A stretch of 64,000 nucleotides of DNA from Macrostomum lignano (Eukaryota): positions 17,306 through 81,305 of the forward strand of contig NIVC01002233.1 in NCBI GenBank assembly GCA_002269645.1, written 5' to 3'. Made by a program: the position numbers and the translations under genes. The notes beneath the pieces are model-generated. The model saw only the letters and a list, made by a program, of their open reading frames with translations, was not told the DNA's origin and did no database searches. The first letter of the stretch is position 1. The number at the start of each line of letters is the position of its first letter. Shown here piece by piece: positions 1 through 13,492 of the stretch.

Positions 1-339
1 GCTATTAGATCTAAATCAAAGGCTTGTTTATTGAGATTTTTGTGGCCGAGAACAAATATCGAGACTCGCCTCTTTTTAATCAGTTGGAAAATATAATTAT
101 TAGGCTGCATTGATCACGCACCTGCTAACCTGCAATTGTAGAGTTTTGCTTGTCGGCATGCCATTAAACAGGCACAATAAGCTCAACGGTGCCACCTCGG
201 TTCCATTCCGCGCACTCGCTTGTCCACTTTAATTTGAGGTTAATGACAATAGTTAATAGCTTATGGTCATAAGAGGCCAACACACCTGTATATAATAATA
301 ATAATTGCAGGAGGCTTGTAGGCACCTGACGCAATGCTC

Positions 340-982
340 TCAGTGACCTCGTGACTGCGCCCGGCAGCTCAACCTCCTGGCCAGTAGCAATACTGTCTAG
401 TAGAAGTGGATCCCAGGGCACGCAGGGTTTCCGGGGAACGAGCTGGCAGACACCCTCGCCAAGAGGGGCGGCTCTGGCTCTTTCTCTGGCCCTGCTCCCC
501 TGGTCCCTATCCCTTCTATGGTCATCAATCGTCAGATTGATGACTGGGCTGATTCTCTTCACAGGGACAGATGGGCGGGCACCCAAAACTGCCGACAATC
601 ACGTGCTGCAGTTCCGTGCCCCTCTCGCAGGCTCAGAAACGTCCTTCTGAACCAAAATCAGAAGGATATTCGAGCCCTTGTCATGGCCTTTACCGGTCAT
701 GGCTACCTCGCCAGACACTGCTTCCTCCGAGGTGACCTCGAGAGTGAACTTTGCCCTTTTTGCGAGTACGACAATGAAGACGCTCAGCACTTTGTTTGTC
801 ACTGCCCTTTCTTTACCAGAGACCGGCTACACTACCTCGGGTCGAACCCGTCCATTGACGAGGTCTGCCAGCCCGACAGCATCCCACGGCTCATCCAGTT
901 CCTCCGGGCGACAAGACGAGCCACTTTCTTCCCTACGGAAGATCACGCTGCAGGACGGACCGGCAGACCACCCTGCAGCTAA
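340..982 (+). mobile_element. 5'-truncated, degenerate non-LTR retrotransposon 3' end (RNase H plus C-terminal CCHC; LOA/R1/I-group-like)
   Basis: One frame reads DCARQLNLLASSNTV**KWIPGHAGFPGNELADTLAKRG (RNase H C-terminal motif, 353-480, two in-frame stops). It continues to MAFTGHGYLARH...CPFCEYDNEDAQHFVCHC, the typical LINE C-terminal zinc knuckle. Confidence 0.8.
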
Positions 983-1507
983 GTCAAGTTAAGTCAAGAC
1001 ATCCCGCATGTACGGGGTGGGGTGTACAGCGGCCCTGACTTTCTATTCCTCAGGCATGTACACTCTCTGTGCCTTGGGGGTTGGCCCTCATGGCTGAGAA
1101 TCGCACGACAACTCAAGGCGTAAATTTTCCTGCACAAGATCCAAATAAGTGCACGTAGTCACGCACAGAACCAAACCAGCGGACGTGACGACGAATTACG
1201 AGTATGCCGTAGCTCCCGAGAAAAGAAATGTTTCATCTCGTATTCAACAATTTTTCGGGATAATAATAATTGTTACCATAGACAACTCACAGACGTCTGG
1301 GGCGATAAACATCTGGGACGAACATTGTCGGATGATTCATCGTGCAGGAATGCACAAAACCGTGCAGGAATGCATTTCTAACGCTTAACGCTTAACGCCT
1401 AACGCTTTTTCAGTGAGATTTTACCATAGTCATCCATTCCTGCACGCAAAAGAGTGCAAGAATGGCATTCTTGCATGGAAAATCAGCGTTGGCGGGCAAC
1501 AGGGGTA

Positions 1508-1785
1508 TATAGCTTTTTGCGATTGAATTCGGCCAAACTGCAAAACCTTTCAGCCAATGGAGATTTTGCCTTCACTTCGGCGGCTTCTACCATAGACTAT
1601 TTAGGACACATCGGCTAGCTGTGTGAGAAAATCACTGACTCAAAGTCTTGGCTGAAAGGCTGAAAGGCTGAAAGCTAGCCGGTGTGTCCTAAATAGTCTA
1701 TGGTAGAAGCCGCCGAAGTGAAGGCAAAATCTCCATTGGCTGAAAGGTTTTGCAGTTTGGCTGAATTCAATCGCAAAAAGCTATA
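1508..1785. mobile_element. Foldback MITE with ~113-bp terminal inverted repeats, probable TA target site
   Basis: 1508-1620 is a near-perfect reverse complement of 1673-1785 (TATAGCTTTTTGCGATTGAATTC...GAATTCAATCGCAAAAAGCTATA), with a ~50-bp spacer. Confidence 0.8.
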
Positions 1786-2343
1786 CTTGGACAACCAGTT
1801 TCTAGCTCGTATGGTTCATGCAATCTTTAACGTCATTTTTAGTACGAGTATATGGACGTTTACTATGCGAAACCATCCAAATTCTATTCAACATGCTTTT
1901 ATCTTTTATCTTTGCGGCTTCGCAGACTTTAACCGAAGCCACTAACTAACAAGCGTAATCTAGCTAGTACAGCTGGGAAGAAGCAAAATAAGTTGTTACA
2001 ACAAGGAACGACAAGAGTCGAATAAATGGAATCTAGCGCGCAGTTGATAAGCAAGCCGAATGATATATTTTTTGTACGGACGGAGAGACAAGTCAAAATG
2101 GTAAAACTAAAACAATTATCCAAGAACTGCGTCTGCTCTAGCTCTTTGTTTAAAACGCATCTGTGTTTGTGATTAGTTATTAAACGGACCGTAGAGGAAA
2201 ACCAAATTAATGTCCTCGTATAAGGTAGGCGACAATGCGAAATACAATGCCGCCCACTGCGGGGCAATTTCCACAACTGGGGTGGGGGTTGGCAAAAATA
2301 AGGCTAAAAATAAATCCGTTATTTATTTTGCACCTGCCCCGTG

Positions 2344-5300
2344 TCACGAGAGCAAGTCGGCGTCCTGAGATGACTGAATGAAATGCGTGTCAGTGGAGCC
2401 CTCCGGCTCCGAGTTGATCTCCTCGGGTGCTGCTGCCTCACCGGCGGCTGCGGGACTGGCTGCCACGTGCCAGGGATTCGAGGCGCGCAGCAGTTGGTTG
2501 CCTAGGTAACGCTTAATCAGCTCGCGACCGGCGATTGTGCATGCCGACGTGGCCGACGCTGCGTAGGACAGATCTGCCAGCTGCTCCGTGGCGCCGTCTG
2601 CGGTCGGGTTGAACTTCTCGACGGTGGATAAAATGCCAACCGTGGGCTGATCGGACCAGCCGCCCATCACCATGATGCCGCCCTCGAGCACCGCTGTGGA
2701 CAGGTTGCTCTTCTGGCGCCGAAGCTGAGATGTTTATTGGCAGGTAGGTAGGTAGGCAGGTAGGTAGGTTAGGTAGATAAGTAGGTAGATACATGTACGT
2801 AGACAGCAAAATTAGGTGGGTAGGTAGTAGGTAGGCAGGTAGGTGGGTAGGTAGGTAAGGTCTAGGTAGGTAGGTAGGTGGGTAGGTAGATAGGTTAGGT
2901 AGGTAAGTAGGTATGTAGACAGAAAAGATAAGTGGGTATGTAGTAGGTAGGTAGGTAGGCAGGTTAGGTAGGAGGGTAGAAGAGAATACAGGTAGGTAGA
3001 CACTGTATAGTTGGGTTAATTGGACAAAAAATCGGATAAAGAACCAATCATGGTAGCTGTTGGAGAGCGCGTGAGATGAGGACAAAAAAGTAGCGACTTT
3101 TCAATTTTGTTTGTCGCTTCAAACAATAACAGTTAATAACTTGTACACCAATTTTAATAATTTTTGCAATTTTCAAATGCTTCTTGTTGGTATTGAGCAT
3201 TGAAATTGACTGTACCTGAGGTTTGGGGACTAAGCATTCAATTAAAAATTCGGCAGTCAGTATTTATAGTTTATAGCCCTAACAGTTCTGTATCGTATTT
3301 TGCGTAGAATTTTATTGAAAATATAGAGAAGAGTTCATGCATGAAACCTAGTCTTAAAAGCAACCTTTGAATTTCGAAATTATTTGGATTTCAATGCAGG
3401 CATCCGTAGGGCCGAATTTTTTGGTTATAATTGGCTACATGGGTAAAAATTAACTAACAAAGAAGGCACTCACCCTTCCCGAGAACACCCAGCCTTCGCT
3501 CTCGTGCTGATAAGCTTCAACCACTGCCAATCGACTTTGGCCGTCGTTGCCGCCGATGGCGTACAGCGTGTTGCCCATAGCAACTAGAGATACGCCGCCA
3601 CGACAGAAGTTCATCCGACTGATGAAGCTCCACTGATCGGTAGCCGGATCGTACACTTCGGCGGTGTCGTGGTACTGCTGGCCGTTGAAACCGCCGGCAA
3701 CGTAGATTCGTCCGTTAAGCGCAGCGGCCCCAGCGTCACTTCGCACCGTCCGCATGCTGGACACGGGCAGCCAGCTGTTGTCGTCGACGCTGGTCTTCTC
3801 CACCGAGTCCAGTCGGCCGCCGCATCTGTCCTGCGTTTCGCCGCTGTGGCCGCCAATTGCGAACATTTGGCTGCCGATGGAGGCGCAGCAGACGTAGTAC
3901 CGCTTGTAGATCATGCAGGAGCCCTCGTACCAGCCGGCTTGAGTCTTCAAGTTGTAGCAGGACACCGTATTCAGAGCTCTCTCGCCGTCGAAACCGCCAA
4001 TTAGATGAAGAACATCGTTAACTACAAGGCAGCCTGAGTAGACTCGTCGCTCCACTTGGCCAATGTCGTTCGAAGGTCTGGACGCATTCGGTGACCACAT
4101 TGTCCAGGTGTTGGCGCGCGGATTGAACACCTGGCAGGCGGCCCTCGGCCCGAACTCTTGGCACCAACCGCCGAACAGCATGACGGCCTCGTGCGGCTCC
4201 CGGGGCGTGGATGCGAATGCAAGATTGTCCGAGTTTCGACGATAGACGTCGAGTAGGTTAGGCGGCACGTTGGGAAACGATTTCAGAAGCGCCAGCAGAC
4301 TAGGAAATCGGCTGAGCATCTCGTGCTGCATCAGGACGCCGAGTTCTCTCGTATTCATTAGACCAAGACGAACGCAGGACAGCAGAGACTCGCCGTGAGC
4401 TGACCGCTTTGGCCAATCGACGTCAAGCCAACGCAAAGCAGCGTCCAGAACAGCCAGCTCTGAGCTGCAGTTGATGCCCGGATGGCTCAGCAACCGGTGC
4501 ACCATATCGAATTCCAGTTGCGGCCATAGCGACTCCTGAATTGCGCGAGGAAAACTGCGTATTATCTGGTCGAACGCCAGACCGTTGAGCTCTGGCAGGT
4601 AGTACACCTCTGAGAAGGCCCAGATATCGAGGGCGAGGCTCAGGTTTCTGGTGCACTGCTCCTTGATATAATCAAGCGTTTTAACGCGCAAATCCTGGTA
4701 GAGCAGGTAATCGGCGGCTTGGTAAAGATCGACGCAGTTGTCCTCACGAACGGCAATGGCGTCCTCTCCGTTGATCATCGCGTTCAAAATTTCATTAATT
4801 TCTTGCTTGAGAAAGCCGCATTCGCCGTACGGAAGCTGAAGGTTACTATAAAAGTGCGATTGAAGCGGTGCTTTTCGTATTGTAATTGCACTTACAACTC
4901 GTGACGTCGCAGACTGCGAGTAAACGTTAAAATTTCTTTCTTCTAATTGCAAACCGTAAAATAAAAGAGTATTTTCATCCATATACATTTGCAGCTCTCA
5001 TCAGATCTATTAGGGGCCGAAACAAGTATGCTTTATTCTACCTGAATGTTATACTTTCAAAGTAGTAAGACAACACAAGTGACCATTCGATAGACAGGAT
5101 GTCAAACGAAAGTACTATTTGATGCACTTTAAATATCCTTAGTCAAATTAGGATTCAAATGAGAATTGCGCATTCTTACCTGTTTCTCGAATACTTAATT
5201 AGCGCATCAAAAAACGAGCTACTCTCAGCCATGAGCAGACTGTGCACCGGACAAACTGAGCCCACGGTCGAGGGCGGTAATTGCTGAGCTCCTTCGCCTG

Positions 5301-5610
5301 AAAAAGCAGGCACTTGAACTGCGTGACCGCACAGCGTCTTCAACTGCCTCGCCCCCGTAACATACGACAGATCGGTAGTCGATGCAAACTCTAGAAAGCC
5401 TCGCTTGACATCTGAAGTCAGCAAACCCGAATCGACGGCCTCGAACATTCTAGACAGGGTTTGTCGTCGCAAATTGTTTCTAACTATCGAGTTCTGTGCA
5501 GCATCGCACATCGGGTTGTTTGCGCTGGCAATCAGAGCTGGTGTCAGTACGATGCTTCTACGCTGCTTCTTTACACTGACAAGCATCTTGCCGGAGCTCG
5601 AATAGTCCAT
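2344..5610 (-). CDS. Kelch-like protein (BTB-BACK-Kelch), KLHL10-like, ~727 aa; exons 5610-5180, 4845-3474, 2724-2344
   Basis: BTB-type VHSLLMAESSSFFDAL, BACK region, and Kelch repeats (GGFDGERALNTV, GGFNGQQYHDTAEVYDP, GGNDGQSRLAVVE, GGWSD). The GT-AG junctions are phase-compatible (phase 2, then phase 0). Confidence 0.9.
2741..3000. repeat. (GTAG)n-like microsatellite in Kelch intron 2
   Basis: Degenerate GGTA/GTAG tandem repeat, read directly from the sequence. Confidence 0.9.
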
Positions 5611-6310
5611 GCTTCCTTAGCTTGCAGGAGGGGATTCACCTCTCTTATTTAATCACCCGATAGTATTAACAAGCAGCTAAGCTCTATGAATGTCCAAGGC
5701 ATTCCAGTTTAGTCTATGGTCAAGTAAACCTGAGAAAAACGGCTACTTCCGTTACTCGTGACTAAAATGCACGTAGCCGTGTAGTTAAAATTAAAAAGTC
5801 AACAAAGTTTATAGATAAAAACAAAAAGTTAAATAATCGGATGACTGCTACTGTGAGTAGAAAAATTAGGACAAGCTTTAAAGTTAAAAACGTCGCGCGT
5901 AGATATCAGGTTGTTGTACGCCGCAACCCCCTCCCTCAGCGAGACGAGAATTAGTGTGTGTACAGTTTGTTGGACTGTTATCACAACGTACATCCTCTCT
6001 TTAACCTCTCTCTCTCTCTCTCTCTCTCCTTTTTTAATGTACGCTCTGCAACCTCTCCTGTACAGTGAAGAGCTAAGGTCTTAGGAAATTAATTTGAAGC
6101 CAGTTAGTTGAACATTCTGCGTCGCCTGTTTTCTATACAGTAGTTGCCTCTTTCCTCCTAAATTAGGAAAACACACAGTTGAAAATTTCAAGGCCGCTAG
6201 TGTTAAAGATAGAACTATAAAATCACGAGATTATACAGTTTTAAAAAACAGGTTTAGTTAACAAGTTAATTTTCCTTAAGTCGTTTTCAAACCATACGAA
6301 GCTCAGGGCC

Positions 6311-7236
6311 ATGGACCTTGTACTCGACTTTGCTGATAATTGGCTATTGACGCCTTACGTTTATCCTTCTAGCATTGAGTCGACAAATCCCTACAGGCAA
6401 TTGTTCAGCCTGTTTGTCATCACTACAGCCGGCGGCTACTTTCTGTATCTGGCCACGGCCTGGCTTGGCTATGTACTTTTATTTGACAAGCGACTGTTGC
6501 AGCATCCGCTGATTCTGAAGGATCAGATAAGACGCGAGATTACCTATGCGTCTAAGTCCATACCTATTATGGGCGTGCTCACCACTGCTGTGTTCTTCTT
6601 CGAGGTGCGGGGCCACGCCAAGCTCTACGACTCGTACGGGGACACTCGACTGGGTGAGCCCTTGGTTAGCATAACTTCACTAGCTGCAACTATGCTCGTA
6701 ATGTACTATATTGGCGTCACCGATCTCCCTCATCAGGCTACATGACCCTGCCCATCACCGTGATCAGCTTCATCTTGTTCACGGACTGCCTGATCTATTG
6801 GATTCACCGGTTCCTGCACCACAAACTGGTGTACAAGCACATCCACAAGGGCCATCACATCTGGAAGGTGCCGACACCGTTCGCTAGCCACGCTTTTCAC
6901 CCGCTGGACGGATTTGTGCAGAGCCTGCCGTATCACGTCTTCCCGTTTTTGTTTCCGCTGCACAAGCTCACCTACTTGGGCTTGTTCGTGTTTGTCAACG
7001 TGTGGACAGTGTCAATTCACGACGGTTATTACCGGGTGCCAACTCTGCTCAAGCCTTTCATCAATGGTAGCGCGCACCACACCGATCACCACCTGTTCTA
7101 CAACTACAATTATGGCCAGTTCTTCACACTCTGGGATCGTCTGGGCAGCTCGTTTCGAGAGCCGTCCGCATTCACCGGTCAGGGACCGTTGCAGGCTGTT
7201 GTTGCTGGAAAACAATCGAACGGAAAAGACCACTAA
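6311..7236 (+). CDS. SC5D: Lathosterol oxidase / sterol C5-desaturase, 280 aa; exons 6311-6653, 6737-7236
   Basis: Three histidine boxes (HRFLHH, HKGHH, HHTDHH), [14 protein letters not shown] and [11 protein letters not shown] motifs. An 83-nt GTGAGC...CATCAG intron in phase 1 joins the two ORFs. Confidence 0.93.
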
Positions 7237-8616
7237 CTGGACTGGACAGTTGCATACATGCATGGATTTTAGCATTCGTAATAGGCGCACACACGCATCG
7301 ACTTCTTGCTTCCTAGTGCAGATTTGTAAAAGGCTACTAGCTACGCTCGTAGCTATAATACGACCGTATGCTCAGCAATAATTACCTCCCTCTAAACAGA
7401 AGTTAACAAGCAATGCCATTCGGTGATTCAGCTGTCTCCATGCGGAGTTCCAGAGTTTATCAAACTCTTTGGCGAGCAGCAGACTGGCAAAATATGCAGT
7501 ACATGTATGTGTTACAGTATAACAAGTGAAAGACCTTCAGGCTACGCCTCTGATGTCAAAGACGAGTGACGGAACGGGTCTTTTTGCATTCTTGCGGTTC
7601 TGTAACACGTTATTGAGTTAATGCAACCTGCCAGACATCGCCAGCTGTACATGTAACCAACAATCACAATTACATGTAAGCAAGAACACATACGCTCAGC
7701 AAAATTGGTAAAGTTTCCATGCACCCCGAAACCATGCTTACAAGCGTATATTTCAAAAGCTCAATTTCGCTTCATTCGTACTTTCTGCCATTCGATTGAT
7801 TGTAAAGCGCCTAAATAAAAAAACTGACTTTCTGAGTCTGAGTACTGCTTATTTTTTTCAAATATAGAAGACTTACTAGACCTAATCATATTAATTTCGA
7901 CCTTTGCTACACAATCAAAACAGCTCTGCCAGCTCACACTGACACACGCTGCAACAGCGTAAAAAATTGAAAACACTTCTCTATACAATAAATGCAAAGT
8001 TTCTGGGGCCTTTAGCAACAATCTTTTCGTTAACTTATCAGCTGACAGAGAGGCCCGAATGTACACTTTTCCATGTATGCACTCGTTTGAATTTTCTTTC
8101 TCTCTGGCCTAAGTTCCAGCTCTTTGCGCACAAAACGAGCGAGTGTGACTGACTGCTAAGAGAAGTGAGTAAGTGGTTGGGGTTTTATCACTCAGACACC
8201 TGGATGCCAGCCAGTTCAGGGTCAATCATTTCAATGATAAGCTACTGCAGCTTTCGGACTGCAGTACACTCGTCGCTCACTGTACAGAAATTGCCCCAAA
8301 TTCCTGCCCGTTGTGAAAAGATTGGATTTTCGACTGACCCAACGTGTTTCGCCAGATACTCTAGAAAATTATATACGAAGATTTTCAAGCTAAATTTGAC
8401 TAAGAGCTAGGTAAACCTACTCAATTACACTGCAGTGCATGGCAGTTTCAGCTATACACTGGTAAGTTACATTTAGTTTGCAATTGAATTAACTATAGCT
8501 TATACTACACATAACTTAATGCTTATAAACAGAATTGCTTTTTAATACATAGACGGATTTGATCTTTTTAATTCAGATTCGAACTCGTGATCAAACAGAT
8601 TAGAATACGAATACGC

Positions 8617-11362
8617 ATGGACCTGCAAACCTGGAAGAAGTTCGCCGTGCTGCAATGGGTGCTGACCTTCCTGCTGGTAGGTCCCGGCTGCGCAGCCATC
8701 ATGTTGATTCTGTTTCGCACCAGCTGGTGGTCCGCAGTCCTGCTCTACGGAGTCTGGTACTACTACGACCGGGACACGCCACGTCGGGGTGGTCGCCGAG
8801 TCAACTGGGTGCGCCGCTGGGGCCTCTGGCGTCGGATGGCCGAGTACTTCCCGGTGAAACTGCACCCTACCTGCGAACTGGATCCCAAGGAGAACTACGT
8901 GCTTGGCTACCATCCGCACGGCGTCCTGAGCACGGGCGCTTTTCTCAACTTCGCCACCGAAGCTACCGAGTTCAGTAGGAAATTTCCAGGAATAACTCCG
9001 TACCTGAGCGTGCTTGACGGCCATTTCGACTTCCCGTTGTACCGGGAGTACTTCATGTGCTCCGGTGAGCAATGAACTCTGTTCTGCTCTTCCCCTAATT
9101 TCATCTGTATCTGAAAAGCGCATCTTACTCTTTTCCAGTCTTTTTTTACATATCTACTTTCCTCCCTGCTTCCCATCTGCACCTTTTGCACCACGCATCC
9201 TCGGAACCAGTAAAAGTACAAAAGAATATTGTTGAGCAGCTGCAATGCGAAACTAATCGGAAAATAAAACACACATTGTACTTTAACCCCCCCCCCCATG
9301 CAGGCGTGATCTCCGTGCGCAAAGAGAGCCTGCAGAACGTTCTCCATCAGCGTCGCAAGACTGCCGGTGGTCAGTTGGTCTGCGTCATTCCGGGCGGAGC
9401 AGTGGAAGCTCTGGACTCGCATCCGGGAACCGTGTACAGGGTGCACCTGCGCAACAAGCTGGGCTTTGTGCGGCTGGCCATGCAGACTGGGTCAGGAGTT
9501 CGATTCTGCGCCTCTCACCTCCATCTCAGCCCGTCTGTCTCAGATTCTCTCCCTTCATCTCAGCCCGTCTGTCTCAGATTCTCCCCCTTCATCTCAGCCC
9601 GTCTGTCTAAGTTTCTCTCCCTTCATCTCAGCCTGTCTGCCTCAGATTCTCCCCCTTCATCTCAGCCCGTCTGTCTAAGTTTCTCTCCCTTCATCTCAGC
9701 CCGTCTGCCTCAGATTCTCCCCCTTCATCTCAGCCCGTCTGCCTCAGATTCTCTCCCTTCATCTCAGCCCGTCTGCCTCAGTTTCTCTCCCTTCATCTCA
9801 GCCCGTCTGCCTCAGATTCTCCCCCTTCATCTCAGCCCGTCTGCCTCAGTTTCTCTCCCTTCATCTCAGCCCGTCTGCCTCAGTTTCTCCCCCTTCATCT
9901 CAGCCCGTCTGCCTCAGATTCTCTCCCTTCATCTCAGCCCGTCTGCCTCAGTTTCTCTCCCTTCATCTCAGCCCGTCTGCCTCAGATTCTCCCCCTTCAT
10001 CTCAGCCCGTCTGCCTCAGTTTCTCTCCCTTCATCTCAGCCCGTCTGCCTCAGTTTCTCTCCCTTCATCTCAGCCCGTCTGTCTCAACTTCTCTCCCTTC
10101 ATCTCAGCCCGTCTGCCTCAGTTTCTCTCCCTTCATCTCAGCCCGTCTGCCTTAGATTCTCTCCCTTCATCTCAGCCCGTCTACCTCAGTTTCTCTCCCT
10201 TCATCTCAGCCCGTCTGTCTCACCTTTTCTCCTTTCATTTCAGCCTTTCTCACTCCATCTTTTTCTGTCTTCATCATTTTTAATTTACCACAAAAGACAT
10301 TTCAATAAGACAATTGATTGAAAATTAAACTCCCAACAAAACTGACTTCCAGATCCAGCCTGGTGCCGTGTTTTTCCTTCGGCGAAATCGACCTGTTCAA
10401 CCAGGTGAACAACCGAGCCGGCAGCCCGCTGCGGGCGGTGCAGAATTTCCTGGTGAAAATTTTCGGCTTCTCAATGCCAATCTTCAGTGGACACGGCTTG
10501 CTGCCATTCGCTAAGCCTATCAACACCGTTGGTGAGCGTTTGGGCGACTTAATCGCTACTTTATCTGATTTGAGGTTTAATTAATTAAATTAGTGAGAAT
10601 TTTATCTGTGGTATTACGCTACTTTTAGTAGTTACAATCTCTCCTCAGAGGACAATAAGCGAAAGCTTTCACATCATCGAAGTTTCAAATCGTAAAAAAA
10701 TAGTTCATCATCAACTTGAATCCCCATTATCCAGGTAATAAACTTCAGCTGAAGAGATTCCATTACTTAGGTGGTAATATTAAGTAAGAGAATTACTACG
10801 TGATTGATTTCGACAATGTGAAATTTCGTCAAATTTTAACAACAGAAAAGCAGGTGCGACCTTGGGAGTCGCCCGGCAGTTTCTATTAATAGCACCACAC
10901 ACAGTACGAGCAATCACGTGACATACTTTGGTCGCGCCGGTTGCCAGTACAAACGGCGAGGAGATTCTCATGGTCACTAGTCGGCCTTGGGTCAGACCCG
11001 CTTTTTGAGCTAAAAATAGACTGGCGACGCAAATGTACATACATACTCGTAGTCACGTGACTTAAAGTTTAATGCAGACAATTGTTTTTATTCCTCAGAA
11101 ATCTAGCTTTTACGTAACGCTTCCTATTTTTATTATTAGAAAACGTAAAAAATAATTCTAATTATATAGATACGAACTTAATTATCTCTTTTTCTTTTTT
11201 TACCTTGCAGTTGGGGCACCAATTAAGGTGGAGAAAAATTACGAACCAACTGATGAACAAGCTCGCGATCTGCTCAATCGCTACATAAGCGATTTGGAAT
11301 TGTTGTTCTGCGCCAATAAAGCAAAGTACATCGGGACCGATGCTCGACTCGAGATAGTGTGA
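8617..11362 (+). CDS. DGAT2/MOGAT-family acyltransferase, ~321 aa; exons 8617-9064, 9304-9490, 10353-10531, 11211-11362
   Basis: YHPHG motif, GGAVEAL, GFVRLAMQTG/SSLVPCFSFGE, PINTV/VGAPI. All junctions are GT-AG with matching phases (1, 2, 1). Confidence 0.92.
9503..10225. repeat. ~34-bp pyrimidine-rich minisatellite (CTCTCCCTTCATCTCAGCCCGTCTGCCTCAGATT) in acyltransferase intron 2
   Basis: About 20 tandem units. The array accounts for the spurious SSQPVCLSFSP extension in the ORF track. Confidence 0.95.
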
Positions 11363-11654
11363 ACTGCTCACAAAACTAGCGGCTTGAAACTTTTACTAAA
11401 GGAACCAAGTAACTGAATTATTGATTTATTTATTTGTTAGCTTGTTTTGAAAACATTAATTTTTTAGCAAACGATAATATAGGAAATATAGTATAGAATA
11501 AATGAATAAAATCGATTATTTTGACTTTTTTAACTGACCTGATTTAAAATCTGTAGCTGGAATTAAAACTTTGTTTTCTCCTTTGTCAACCCTGACAGTT
11601 TGTTAATTCAACTCACTTCAAGAGTAGCTACAAGTGCATGCAATGATAGTAATG

Positions 11655-13492
11655 ATGAGTGCTCAATTGAATGATGGAGTGTCTGATTGGATGCTAGGGT
11701 GAGTGCTCGATTAAATAATGGAGCGCTCAATTGAATGATAGAGTGCTCAATTGAATGATAGAGTGCTCAATTGCATGATAGAGTGCTCAATTGAATAACG
11801 GAGTGCTCAATTGCATAATGGAGTGCTCAATTGAATGATAGAGTGCTCAATTGAATGATAGGGTGCTCAATTGAGTAATGGAGTGCTCAATTGAATTATA
11901 GAGTGCTCAATTGCATAATGGAGTGCTCAATTGAATGATAGAGTGCTCAATTGAATGATAGAGTGCTCAATTGCATAATGGAGTGCTCAATTGAATTATA
12001 GAGTGCTCAATTGAATGATAGGGTGCTCAATTGAGTAATGGAGTGCTCAATTGAATTATAGAGTGCTCAATTGCATAATGGAGTGCTCAATTGCATAATG
12101 GAGTGCTCAATTGAATGATAGAGTGCTCAATTGAATGATAGAGTGCTCAATTGCATAATGGAGTGCTCAATTGAATGATAGAGTGCTCAATTGAATGATA
12201 GGGTGCTCAATTGAGTAATGGAGTGCTCAATTGAATTATAGAGTGCTCAATTGCATAATGGAGTGCTCAATTGAATGATAGAGTGCTCAATTGAATGATA
12301 GAGTGCTCAATTGCATAATGGAGTGCTCAATTGAATGATAGAGTGCTCAATTGAATGATAAGGTGCTCAATTGAGTAATGGAGTGCTCAATTGAATGATA
12401 GAGTGCTCAATTGCATAATGGAGTGCTCAATTGAATGATAGAGTGCTCAATTGAATGATAGAGTGCTCAATTGCATAATGGAGTGCTCAATTGAATGATA
12501 GAGTGCTCAATTGAATGATAGGGTGCTCAATTGAGTAATGGAGTGCTCAATTGAATGATAGAGTGCTCAATTGCATAATGGAGTGCTCAATTGAATGATA
12601 GGGTGCTCAATTGAATGATAGAGTGCTCAATTGAATGATAGGGTGCTCAATTGAGTAATGGAATTTTCAATTGAATGATAGGGTGCTCAATTGAGTAATG
12701 GAATGTTCAATTGAATGATAGGGTGCTCAATTGAGTAATGGAATGTTCAATTGAATGATAGAGTGCTCAATTGAATGATAGAGTGCTCAATTGAATGATA
12801 GGGTGCTCAATTGAGTAATGGAGTGCTCAATTGAATGATAGAGTGCTCAATTGAATGATAGGGTGCTCAATTGAGTAATGGAGTGCTCAATTGAATGATA
12901 GAGTGCTCAATTGAATGATAGAGTGCTCAATTGAATGATAGGGTGCTCAATTGAGTAATGGAGTGCTCAATTGAATGATAGAGTGCTCAATTGAATGATA
13001 GAGTGCTCAATTGAATGATAGGGTGCTCAATTGAGTAATGGAGTGCTCAATTGAATGATAGAGTGCTCAATTGAATGATAGAGTGCTCAATTGAATGATA
13101 GAGTGCTCAATTGAATGATAGGGTGCTCAATTGAGTAATGGAGTGCTCAATTGAATGATAGAGTGCTCAATTGAATGATAGGGTGCTCAATTGAGTAATG
13201 GAGTGCTCAATTGAATGATAGAGTGCTCAATTGAATGATAGAGTGCTCAATTGAATGATAGGGTGCTCAATTGAGTAATGGAGTGCTCAATTGAATGATA
13301 GAGTGCTCAATTGAATGATAGAGTGCTCAATTGCATAATGAAGTGCTCAATTGAATGATAGAGTGCTCAATTGAATGATAGGGTGCTCAATTGAGTAATG
13401 GAGTGCTCAATTGAATGATAGGGTGCTCAATTGAGTAATGGAGTGCTCAATTGAATGATAGGGTGCTCAATTGAGTAATGGAGTACTCAATC
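11655..13492. repeat. 20-bp minisatellite (GAGTGCTCAATTGAATGATA)n
   Basis: About 90 tandem units with a few recurring variants. Confidence 0.97.

Noticed and set aside
4846-4988. N-terminal extension MYMDENTLLF... of the 512-aa Kelch ORF
   Set aside because: It is AT-rich intron sequence. The only phase-compatible acceptor is TTTTATAG at 4846.
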